Source of the DNA: Macrostomum lignano
Taxonomy: Eukaryota
Length of the DNA: 64,000 bases
Direction: 5' to 3'
Assembly: GCA_002269645.1 (NCBI GenBank)
Contig: NIVC01001011.1
Coordinates: forward strand, 1-64,000
The notes below the pieces were generated by a model. That model worked only from the letters and a program-made list of their open reading frames with translations. It was not told the origin of the DNA and searched no databases. This document shows positions 48,320 to 60,463 of the stretch, piece by piece (position 1 is the first letter of the stretch; every line of letters begins with the position of its first letter). A program made the position numbers and the translations under genes.

Positions 48320-48597
48320 GGCGCATGACCAAGATGGTCACATACCAAGATGGCCACAGCTCTGAATGGCTGCTTGGATAGGAATAGGTCTATATATTTC
48401 TTTATATATATATATATTATATATTTTTGTCTTTAGCCTTGCAATATGCTAATAAAATTTTGACTGTCTGTCTAACCCCCCATTGCAACCCCACATTTCC
48501 CCACCCGAAGCTATCTAATAGTAAACCAGCTGTCATTTTCCATGACCCCCACCTCGGCTGTGGCCATCTTGGTATGTGGCTATCTTGGTCTTACACC
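48320..48597. mobile_element. 278-bp MITE with GG-starting TIRs and an 8-bp TSD (Merlin/MULE-like)
   Basis: TIR GGCGCATGACCAAGATGGTCACATACCAAGATGGCCACAGC versus its reverse complement at the right end; TSD TAAAAGGC at 48312-19 and 48598-605. Confidence 0.75.
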
Positions 48598-49937
48598 TAA
48601 AAGGCTAAGCCTAACTAAAATAAGGATTCCAATATGCATATTAACTCTGAGGCTATTACTAGGCCTATGTACTAAAAAAATTAGCAACCTTCCTTGCTGT
48701 TTAGTATTTTGATTTATGACTAGGCCTAGGTAAGGCCTATTTTATTATAGATAGGCCTAATAAGCTTAGTCTAGCTCTAGCAACTGCAACTGGTATAATA
48801 AATTAAAAAACTATTTTGTCTACTAGCATACTATTCAAGTCCAAGACTCCAAGGCTTAATTGTATATAAGCAAAGGGAAAGAAAATTGCCTATTGACTTT
48901 GCCTTGCCTTTTGTTAAAATCATTTTTCAGTTTTTCGTATTTTATCTAGTCTTGGTCTACTGCATTTTAAGAACTATCTAAAGGTAAAGACTTTAGCATA
49001 GTATTATCCTTGGTTTAATTGGCTGTGATTTAACAAGGCCTAGACTAGGCCTAAATGTTGGCACAAAAATTGGCATTTTATTTGGAACTGGAAGGGTACC
49101 AGTCACTTCAGCAAAAATTTATGGACCTTTGCTGAAACTTCTGTTTGCCTAGGGCCTAGGCCTATGTGACCAGCACCTGATAAGATAGGCTCTCAATATT
49201 ACAAATGGTGCTCTATGCCTCTAGGGCTCTATGCAAGCGAAATGTAGGCATGCTACAATACAATTATAGCATAGCATATCATACATGTATACACCATTAC
49301 ACGTTACACCTGAACTAACTATGTAGTGCTTAAAAAGTGAAAAAATTTTAAAGTTAAGAGTTAAAAGTTAAAAGCTAAAAAAGTGAAGATCTATTTGACG
49401 AATTAAACGGATCCTTTATTGCCTTTAAAAGTTATACGCGATGAGAATATTTAATTTCATAGAGCCCTAGACCAAGGAAGCATGCCTAGTAGTAGAACAA
49501 TTAAAAAATGAAGTTAAGCTATCAATTTAAACTTGCGCGAAAGAATTCCTGGTAAGCACAACGAAAGCTGTTTTAATCAATTGTTTGATTTTCTTCCTGA
49601 TGTAGAAACAAATTGAAAGCCAAATCAATCAGATTCATTAGGGCAATAGGAGTTTAGATTCCTAGAATTTTAATTTGTTAGTAAGCTGAGATAATTAACG
49701 TGATGTGAACACTGGGGTAGAATTGATCTGAGAGACAGTACTGAGTGCGGGCAAAGTTCGGCAGAAAAAGCTCGACGGGCAATTCGCTCGCAAGAAACAC
49801 TCGCGGTCAAAATGCACTGCAGGAAAAACTCGGCGGTAGTTCGCCTGCGGGCTATTCTCATGGATCCAAGCGAAAATACGCGACAATTCCTGCTTACTGC
49901 CCTTAAATGTCTAAGCAACTATAGCTAGCTGATAATG

Positions 49938-51272
49938 CAGGGGTGTCGGAACCGGGGGGGGGGGGGCACTTTTTAGCATAATCCTGCAAGTGCCCTTTTT
50001 GAATTTCAAGCAAGTGTCGGCCGGTTTTCGGCTTTGGCTTGAGTCTTGGAAGCTAACGGTACCAGCTGATATAATAGTTCATGTTGTTTTCAATATCATT
50101 CCACTACAGTTTTTATCTAATGTGCCTAAGCCTAGTGCTTTTAGGGGTCAGCAAACTTTTTACCTCAAGGGCCAGATTGAGAACAGCGCATGACTGCCCT
50201 TCTGGTCCGCTTCGCTGAGCCCCCTAAGCGAAACGCGCGCCCAGGAGTCCATGATGACTGGGGGCTATAAGGAGAGCGGATAGGGAATAGAGAAGAGAAA
50301 TACGAGCGCAGGATAAAGGAGAGGCGAAGAAATAAAGGAGAAGAGAGTATACGAGAAGAGAGATAAAATAGAAGAGGAGAGAGGAGAGGGGAGATAAATG
50401 AGGAGAGGAAGAGTCGAAATATAAGAGAGAGGAGGGAAGGGAGAAGAGAATGGAGAGGAAACGGGAGATGAGAGGAGAGGAGAAGAGATGAGATGAGAGG
50501 AGAGAGGTGAGGAGAGGAGAGGAGAGAGAGAGGTGAGGAGAGGAGAGGAGAGAGGTGAGGAGAGGAGAGAGAGGTGAGGAGAGGAGAGGAGAGAGGTGAG
50601 GAGAGGAGAGGAGAGAGGTGAGAAGAGGAGAGGAGAGGAGAGAGGTGAGGAGAGGAGAGGAGAGAGGTGAGAAGAGGAGAGGAGAGGAAGGAGAGAGGAG
50701 AGGAGAGAGGTGAGGAGATGAGAGGAGAGAAGAGGAGACGAGAGGAGAGGAGAGGAGAGGAGAGGAGAGGAGAGGAAAGGAGAGGAGAGGAGAGGAGAGG
50801 AGAGGAGAGGAGAGAAGAGGAGAGAAGAGGAGAGGAGTCGAGAGGTGAGGAAGGAGAGAGGAGAGGAGAGAGGTGAGGAGATGAGAGGAGAGGAGAGAGG
50901 TGAGGAGAGGAGAGGAGAGAGGTGAGAAGAGGAGAGGAGAGGAAGGAGAGAGGAGAGGAGAGAGGTGAGGAGATGAGAGGAGAGGAGAGGAGAGGAGACG
51001 AGAGGAGAGGAGAGGAGAGGAGAGGAGAGGAGAGGAAAGGAGAGGAGAGGAGAGGAGAGGAGAGAAGAGGAGAGGAGTCGAGAGGTGAGGAGATGAGAGG
51101 AGAGGAGAGAGGTCGGTTGGCACAACTAATGTCACAAACTGACATAACAGCAGGAGTTATTAGTAATTATATTAGTAATATATTAGTAAGGGTGCCCTTA
51201 GATAAAAAAATCATGTGCAATGTGCCCTCCCACCAATAGCCCCCCACTTTGAAATATGTTCCGACACCGCTG
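49938..51272. mobile_element. Non-autonomous hAT-like element carrying a (GAGAG)n tract
   Basis: TIR CAGGGGTGTCGGAAC / GTTCCGACACCGCTG; flanks TGATAATG / TGTTAATG (7/8). The sequences on either side join into a segment homologous to 53250-53430. Internal Charlie-like terminus TAGGGGTCAGCAAACTTTTT...GGGCCAGAT at ~50142. Confidence 0.82.
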
Positions 51273-51449
51273 TGTTAATGTCAAATCGAAAGTTCATAAA
51301 TTAGCTACATGTAGTTCATTCCGTTCAGTCTAAATTCTGCAGACTAATCAATCAGCAGTCTAGCGGCTATCGGCTAAATGTTTCAAGTTTAACTGAGTGC
51401 ACAAAATACAGTTTATACTACACACGTTTTATTCGTATTTTAATTGATC

Positions 51450-51654
51450 AGGCCTTGTATTATCTGGAACGCTTATTGCCAGCGTAGCATAAATTACGAC
51501 ATGCTGAAGCGGGAGCTGCTGGCTACCAATTCGGCTCAATTTGGCGGAACGCCGGGTCCGATTGCGACTCCGGCAGATCGGATAATCAGTGCGAAAGGTG
51601 CTGCTACTGTATGTCCTGCTCAAGTCTAAGGTGCTTGATGAGCCAGCTGGATAA
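51450..51654 (+). pseudogene. Decayed paralog of the secreted 6-Cys protein (54116-54373 exon); signal exon deleted, frameshifted
   Basis: PCIIWNAYCQRSINYDMLKRELLATNSAQFGGTP, then shifted frames giving DCDSGRSDNQCERCCY and LLKSKVLDEPAG*. The downstream flank is also homologous to 54374-55010. Confidence 0.8.
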
Positions 51655-52524
51655 ACGTGAACGCGCTGCATATTGACAACAAAACATGATATTGGAACGA
51701 CCGAAGACAATCACAATGATTCATGACATCAAAAGCTTATTTAAATACATCGTTTGAAAGCAGAGTGGCCAGAATTAACAACTGCATGCTTATGATGTTG
51801 AATGAGACTGATGATAGCTTTGAGTAACTGTGTATCCTTTAATAAAGCGTCGAGTAAATTTGCTAAGCTTGTTTTAACGCTCTAGAAAGTACTTATTGAG
51901 TTAAAAATGGTGTCAATCATCACGCAAATACGATGTACGCTTGCAGTAGTTTTGGCGTCAAGCATACAGGGATATTTTTGGATATTTGTATGCATGTGCT
52001 TTTAAATTGACATCATGTACATGCAAGACAACCGACAGTTGAGCCCAGACAGACAGCAGCCACAGCTGCGGACCCGGAAACGGGATATCGAACAAATCTG
52101 TGCAGTTTGTCAGTAGACTCATTAGACTTACGCCAGATACTCATGCAGTTAAATTCAAGTTTATTTAATGCAACGATGGCTTTCTGCTGCTGTGACACGT
52201 GGGTGGACACAAACCCGAGCAGCGGACTTCAGCGTGCTTGTAACGTCGAAAAGACAAAAGACGCCAGAAATAACTACATACATAACTACATAACTACGCC
52301 AGCCAAAAGACACCCTGCTGTCTTTTTAACGGTCAAAGGCGCCCAATGATAGCCATAGACAAGCTGATTGCTGTGCGGCGGTTAGGATGGCGAATCGAGC
52401 CCATGGAGGCCTAGGCTTTATTTTTGTGCCGACGTGATGAAAGACGAATCTCCCTGTGATTTCAGCAGTTCGTCTACCTCAGCGGTCTGATTCTAGCGAT
52501 GTTCGTGAGGAGTTGCTACGTAGT

Positions 52525-53022
<498 letters not shown>

Positions 53023-53092
53023 TGTTTGATTGCACCTTGAGATTGTGGGGTAATTTTGCTGAATACAATGTCTGGACGCTAGCTTTAAAGCG

Positions 53093-53320
53093 AAAATATG
53101 CGACTTCCTGCTTTTAATTGCCTTATATAAATGTCTGAGCAACTGGCGATTGATGCAAAATGGAAAGTTCGAAAATATGCGACTTCCTGCTTTTAATTGC
53201 CTTATATAAATGTCTGAGCAACTGGCGATTGATGCAAAATGGAAAGTTCGAAAATATGCGACTTCCTGCTTTTAATTGCCCTTTATAAATCTCTGAGCAA
53301 CTGGCTGTTGATGCAGAATG
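53093..53320 (+). repeat. 79-bp unit x3, each containing a TATA-like TATATAAA/TTTATAAA
   Basis: AAAATATGCGAC recurs at 53093, 53172 and 53251. Confidence 0.85.
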
Positions 53321-53642
53321 GAAAGTTCATCAATTAGTTGATCCCGTTCAGCCCAACTTCCACAGACTAATCAACATCCATTTTATCGACTATCGGTTAA
53401 TTTTTTAAGTTCAACTGGGTGCACAATAACTACACCATTTAGTTGCAATTTTCGTCTCAGCTGTAAGTCAAAAAAGTAATTGCCACTTTAAAAATTGGTC
53501 AAAAAAATTCCCTTCAAACGTTAGGGCTTAAAAAGCATAAATAGAAATGATGTGTGCGTGGAGGGGACCTCAGCATCGAAGAAAGCAATCCCCTCAGTGA
53601 AAAGTTTGATTTTTAAAATCGAAGTCAAAAATATAAAAAAAA

Positions 53643-54373
53643 ATGCTGCGACTCGTGCGACCTCAACTCGTGTTTGCCATCGCGATGCTTCTTGTGGCCG
53701 TCCACGCTCAGGTAGCGCAATGTTGATGTTGCATTTGCAGCGACAGTTGACAATTTCTTTAAGCATCGATTCGGTATCTGTTTACTTACGAAAGTCTAGT
53801 ATCTGTTAGAATGTGACGCTTGAGCAAGGTTGCTAGGTATTCCAGTGGCGTACGCAGAGGTCCTTGCCGCCCATCAACCCCTCCAGAAAATCCATCACAG
53901 AGGTGACTAAGGTAAACCAAGAGACAGGGGCGCCCACATAGAGGCAGGAGAGACCCTATCAATAGTAGCACGCACTTCCAGCCAATTTGGTAACACATCA
54001 GAGACTTTGGCGACTGTTATTACTGGCTCAGCAAGTTAGTTTTGAAAGCGCCCATACTAGCACCGTTTTCTTAGCCAGATTGATACATCTTTCTCGTGTA
54101 TAATTTCTTCACCAGAGCGGTCAACAAGAGATGAATATGAGACAGCTGGAAATGGTGTTCAGGCCTTGCATCGTAAACGACCGCTGCCCGCGCGGCTTGA
54201 GCTACGACATGCTGAAGGAGCAGGTGCCGGCCAGCTATATGCTGGCTACCTATTCGGCTCAATTTGGCGGCACGCCGTCCGCTTGCGACTGCGACAGATC
54301 GGATGATCGGTGCAACAGGCGCTGCTACTATGCTCTGTACAAGTCTATGCTGCTTGGCGAGCCCGCTGAATAA
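53643..54373 (+). CDS. Predicted 108-aa secreted protein with six cysteines; no family recognised
   Basis: Exon 1 53643-53711 (MLRLVRPQLVFAIAMLLVAVHAQ, signal-peptide-like; donor GTAGCG) plus exon 2 54116-54373 (acceptor TTTCTTCACCAG), in frame. A paralog at 51450 conserves protein-level motifs. Confidence 0.68.
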
Positions 54374-55469
54374 ACGTGAACGCGCTGCATATTGACAACG
54401 AAACATGATATTGGAACGACCGAAGACGATCACAAATATACATGACATCTAAAGATTAAATATATTGTTTGAAAGCAGAGTGGTCAGAAAACAACTGCCT
54501 AAAGGCAATCAATCTAGCAAAGCATAAATTATGCATATTGAATGATTCCGATGAATAGTCAGAGTTTGTGTGCCCCTATATAAGGCTTCGAGTACAGTTG
54601 CGATGCTTGAATTCACGCTGGTAAAAGTACAAACTCCCATCCAGATTGTACTGTAGATAATTTTGTGAGTCATTATGCATGAAATACGCTCGCAGTAGTT
54701 TAGGGTACATTGCGCTGCGCTTTTAAAAATATGACTGAGCATTACTTTTAAAACAACTGACACTGAGACCATCAGACTGACACAGCAGCCACAAATGTAC
54801 ACCAGAGGACACAGGCCATCCAACAAATTCAAGTAGTCAGTAGACTCATTCGAGTAGCTCAGGTATTCAGTTAAATGCACTGTAAGTTTTTTAAATGCGA
54901 GACGGCTTTCTGCTGCTACGGACGCGTGGGTTCGACGACGACTCCAACCCGAAAGGCGGCTCAGCGTGCTTGCATGGGCTCGATCTTGTCTTGGTGTCTT
55001 CAACGGTTAAAAATTCCCGTGTCAGCTTAAGGACCACGTACCAATTGTAAATATGGCAAAATTCTTTACGTGCATTTTACCTGTGTTTTTTTCACTGTTA
55101 GAACAAAAGCATCGAGGCAAAGTTCGGCGGGAAAAAATCGACGGGCAAAATGTGTGGGCGGGCGATTCTCGTGCTCATGATGTTGAACACCACTTTCTGC
55201 CTCATATTCATTTCTCGTTGGGCACTCTGCAGGTGAGGAAATTACATAAGAAAGATTATCAAGCTGGCAAAGGAAACGGTACCAGTATAGACGCGCTTTC
55301 AAAACTAAATTTCTGAGCCAGTTTTAAGGATCGCTAAAGTCGCTGATGTGTTACCAAATTTTCTGACAGTGCGTTCTACTGGGTGCCCCTGTTGTGGGCG
55401 CAGCCCTGTCTCTTTGTGGGGGCCCCTGTCTCGTTGTGGGGGCCCCTGTCTCGTTGTGGGGGCCCTGTC

Positions 55470-55868
<399 letters not shown>

Positions 55869-56540
55869 TACGTAGCAACTCCTCACGAACATCGCTAGAA
55901 TCAGACCGCTGAGGTAGACGAACTGCTGAAATCACAGGGAGATTCGTCTTTCATCACGTCGGCACAAAAATAAAGCCTAGGCCTCCATGGGCTCGATTCG
56001 CCATCCTAACCGCCGCACAGCAATCAGCTTGTCTATGGCTATCATTGGGCGCCTTTGACCGTTAAAGACAGCAGGGCGAGATCGTCGTTGTAGCCATACA
56101 AGCACGCTGAAGTCAGCTGCTCGGGTTTGTGTCCACCCACGTGTCACAGCAGCAGAAAGCCATCGTTGCATTATAAACTTGAATTTAACTGCATGAGTAT
56201 CTGGCGTAAGTCTAATGAGTCTACTGACAAACTGCACAGATTTGTTCGTGCATCTATCTATATCTATCTATCTATCGCGGCAGTCAACATCGGCCATTGC
56301 AAAATCAGTCGGAGCTGCCCTGCAGGACGTACATGTACGTAGACTGAGGGCGGTGATCTGATCCTGGCGTTGGTCGAAACCATGCATACGCTCGTATAAT
56401 CTCACAACGCTAAAAGCCGTAACGCTGACGGAGTCAATTGCGACAAGCTACATGTGCATGATGTACAATAATATTGTCGGTGAAAACTTTCAGCACAAAC
56501 ATTAAATTATTCTAAGAGTTTTTTAATCGTGCTCAGCGGA

Positions 56541-56625
56541 CAGTGGCGGCGCATCACCTCTGAATGGGGGGGGGCAGTTGGTCAACCGGGCCTGCAGCCT
56601 ACCCGCACCCCGTTCGCCATCACTG
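56541..56625. mobile_element. Possible 85-bp hAT-type MITE relic
   Basis: CAGTGGCGG...CGCCATCACTG termini; 8-bp flanks match 6/8. Confidence 0.35.
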
Positions 56626-56948
56626 TCGGTGGACATACAGATGATCAGACTGTATAAAAGTCCGTCAGTCGTGTCAGACAACTGCTCGTGGAGTCATTTT
56701 TAAATAAGATAAAATTTGTTTTAGTCTGCATGGTAAATTGTCTTCTATATCGCTTCTGTTGTGTCTGAAAATACAATAGGCAATACTCTTTATATTGAAA
56801 TTGGCTATATAAAAGATAGACAGCTGTGAATAGGTTTTTAATTTGTCTGATGCTATAGTCCATTTCTTATTCCGGCACTAATTTAAATGACAAAAATTTT
56901 ACCTCTCGGGCACGCCATGAATGAAGAATACTAGCCTAGTATGTAATA

Positions 56949-57138
56949 CGAGGGGTGTTTTAAAAGTAACGAGATTTTGTTAGAACTTTAGACTGAATGA
57001 ACTTATGAACTTGAAATTTTATCCAACAATTTTATACATTAAATACATTAACTTTATTTTGAGCCTTGTATAGCTGTGTAATCGTTGATGATGATGAAAG
57101 TCCCCTCGAATTTTAGAAAGACCCCTCCCTCTACCTCG
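56949..57138. mobile_element. Possible mariner-type MITE relic
   Basis: TA|CGAGGGGTGTTTTAAAAG left end; degenerate TTTTAGAAAGACCCCTC...CG|TA right end. Confidence 0.45.
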
Positions 57139-58319
57139 TACAATACAATTTAATTGATCTAGGCGGTATAACATTGGACGGCAATGTTGAACTTATAATG
57201 GAGTACCTGATTCGTCTCTGTTACTTTAAGTTTGATTACATTAATTTACAATACAAAGAATAAAACTCCCTCAATTCCCCAAAAATACCTAGGGCTAGGG
57301 GTTGACGGTCATTTCGTCTGCCGCCTTTTCGTCTGCCGCCTTTTCGTCTGCCAATATACGATATAGCCTAGGCTAGGCCTAACTAAACACTGATTGTCCA
57401 ATGTCCAAAGTTACATAAACTTAAACTGAACTTACCGAAGCAGTGAATGCTTTGACTATTATTGGATGCCTGAATTGTGTTGTATACTATTCTTTTTTAT
57501 TATACTAATAGGCCTAACTAGATTTATTCTGTTATGCTAAAATATGTAGGCCTATGCTTTCCTATTCTATGCTAGCCTGTAATCCTAGTAGGCCTACCTA
57601 GTATTGGTGGTTTTTATTTGCATGATAAATAAGCAAGAATCAGACATCATTTTTTCAAATGCTTAGGTGCCTACTAAGATGTGACACTTGTAAAAAATTA
57701 GAGGCTTTTATATTTTAAATTGAACTAAAGGTAAAGGATAGGCCCCTAAGTTCTAGTATTTAAAATTAAAATATAACACATTAACAACAATATATCAATA
57801 AAATCAATATATATATATATATATAATATAATATAATAGATTTTATTCCTAGGCCTATCTGCCTATAGTACTAGTAGGGCCTAACAAAGTTTTTATAGGC
57901 CCTATTAGGCCTACTATATAAGTTTCACATTACAATAGGCTTATCCTATATTAATGTTTCATAAGCTTTTGGAATCAGACCTATATAATATAATACTAAT
58001 TAGGGGTCAGTTAAGATTTCAATCTCAATCATCTAAATATTGGCACTTTTTTCAATCTTGATCTTAGTTTTGAGATCTCAAAAAATGTCAAAATTTGCAA
58101 TTATATAATTATTTGTGACTAATATTTTTTTGGTTATGGCTAGAGGTTGGATAAGATCTTGATTGTCAAAATATCAATACTTTTTTGAAACTCAATCTTG
58201 GTTTCAAGATCTCAAAAAGTCAAGATTTGTGACTAGGAGACTAGGACCATTGTATTGATGACTGTGACTAGGCCTATGACTATGACTGACTATTATCATA
58301 TATTTATTTTTTATTTATA

Positions 58320-58570
58320 TCAAGTTACTAACATTAACAAGTTTAGTATTATATAATAATTGTTTTTCCTTCTACAATATTTTATCATCATTATACACAT
58401 TTAGCAAATAATATTATTAGCCCTGATAGATAAAATAGTGTAAATAAGTCTATTAGATTAGTCTAGATGCTAATTAGGCTTCATCTTAAATCTTGATTGA
58501 TTCTCAACTATCTTAAAAGCATAGATCTCAAGTTTAAAAAATCTAAAAAATGTGGCATTATCTGACCCTT
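58320..58570. repeat. Old AT-rich dispersed repeat; second copy at ~63315-63545
   Basis: Shared CTAGAT(G/A)CTAATTAGGCTT...TAGATCTCAAGT.TAAAAAATCT...TCTGACCCT block. Confidence 0.6.
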
Positions 58571-59054
58571 AGTTATAGTGATTTTTAGTTTGTTTTCTGA
58601 TTTAATTTTTAAGTTTGAGTTAGTTCTGCAACATAATAATAGAAAATAATGTCTGGCCAAAAAGGGATAAAAATGGTATCAGAAAATTTTCTAGCCTCTA
58701 GCTCTTATCTACTGCTTTATCTTTTACTCTATCTATTGCTTTATATATCACTCTATCTACTGCTATATCTATCACTAAGTTTATTACCATATCTGTTGCT
58801 GTATAAGGTGGATCCGTTGAAATGTCACACTTTCATTTTTTGTTTTTATTTTTTTGGTTTTTGGCATATAAAGCTAAGCACATAGGGTTTTGCTTTTATA
58901 TCTGTATTTGACCTGTGAGATAAGTTTTATAGAAATTGCTCATACTATGTCGTTGAGAAACTTCAAGCAGGAGAGCCTTCTATATCAATTTCTTGGCATC
59001 TTGGAATTTTGAAAAACCAAGTCTATTGAACCAAGCAACTTTTTGTGGTAACTG

Positions 59055-59804
59055 TAGTTAATCGAAATTATTTTTCAAATCGAAATCAAAATCAAAATTT
59101 TCGGTTCCTTAGAATTGAAATTGAAATCAAAATTGAAATCGAAATTGAAATCGAAATTGAAATTTTTGAGCTTAACAAATTTTTACTTTTTCGCTAATCA
59201 TGCAAAAAGGTTAACACCTTGCCTCTGCCTGTATGAGCTTATATGTTTTATAAAAAGTATCTTTGATATGTTTAAACCAGAATACTTAAGATTTAACTTA
59301 CTTTAAAAATACAAAATAGAAAATGCTGGTGTATTATGTATTATACACTCGTACATAGAAATATAGTAGAAGTTTTATTATACTTCACTGCTGTTTAAGC
59401 TGAAGATCTAGATACAAGTAGCCTATATCCATTTCATTAAGGCTTTAAGTCTTTAGCCAATTAAAATCCACGCCAATGAGTTCAGCCAATGGGCTTGTGG
59501 AGGTTGAGGTGGGTGCAGCACAAGGCCTGGAACTGTGTGTGCCCTGCATAATCTTTCTTATAGAAAAGGTGATTCTCACCTCCCCACTGAGTCTTCAAAC
59601 TGCACTTCCTTTCACTTCCTATAGATTTTCTTTCTCGTGTAGCATGATCATCAATGTCTAAATTGTTAAAATATAACCAAAATTTCGAAATGATTTTCAA
59701 TGAATGGTGTCAAAATTCGAAATTGAAATGGAAATTATTTCAATGCAAAATTAGTTTCAAAATTCGGAATATCAAAATCAAAATCAAATTTCGATCCATC
59801 ACTA
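59055..59804. mobile_element. 750-bp non-autonomous hAT-like element nested in the maT relic
   Basis: Perfect TSD GGTAACTG (59047-54; 59805-12); termini TAGT..ATCGAAATT / AATTTCGATCCATCACTA; subterminal (GAAATT/GAAATC)n hexamers. Confidence 0.85.
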
Positions 59805-60463
59805 GGTAACTGGTAGTGTTAAGGCATGTCATGGAGGTAGGTATAGTCATACTGCTCACAGATACCAAGTATTGGTCATTTCTTCTATTGGCAGCTACAT
59901 TGACAAATTTTTTTTTATCTAAGAAGAAGTGCACTAGGTGTAGATACAACCTGCTAAGCAGTTGCTTGTCTTGTATCTTTCTAATGAATTTCTAGGCTTC
60001 TAACAAGAAATGCCAACAAACTAGAAACTATTACTTTGTTTTTCACTCCAACATCATCTTTGAGCAGTTGGTTCATTGTCTTGTTACTCTTATACATTAT
60101 TCCATAGTCCCAAAAGCTGTTGAGAACTTTGTCTTGGGTTCCTACAGATGCACATTTTTACAGCCTTGATGACATTTTTTGTGGCTATGTAAGTATGTAA
60201 AAGATATCCCAGACAATGCTCGTATGGTACAGTGCAGCAAAAATCTTGCTTCTGTCATGGTACTAGGGGTCATCAGCTCTGGACAAAAGTGCCCCCCCCC
60301 CATTTTCATTGACCCTAGTGCTCAGCTCAATGCTGTTGGCTGGGGCCTATCAAGAGCTGCTGCAAAACAAAGTGCTGCCATGGCTAAATCAGCACTACCC
60401 AAGTGGCCAATATGTATTCTAGCAAGATGGTGCACCTGCGCATACTTTGACAACCATGCTGAC

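Noticed and set aside
52434-52450. GTGATGAAAGACGAA as a hammerhead ribozyme core
   Set aside because: It lacks CUGAUGA, a stem II and the GAAA/stem III arrangement.
57300-57352. GGTCATTTCGTCTGCC x3 as a foldback/MULE terminus
   Set aside because: No partner inverted end or TSD found in the window.
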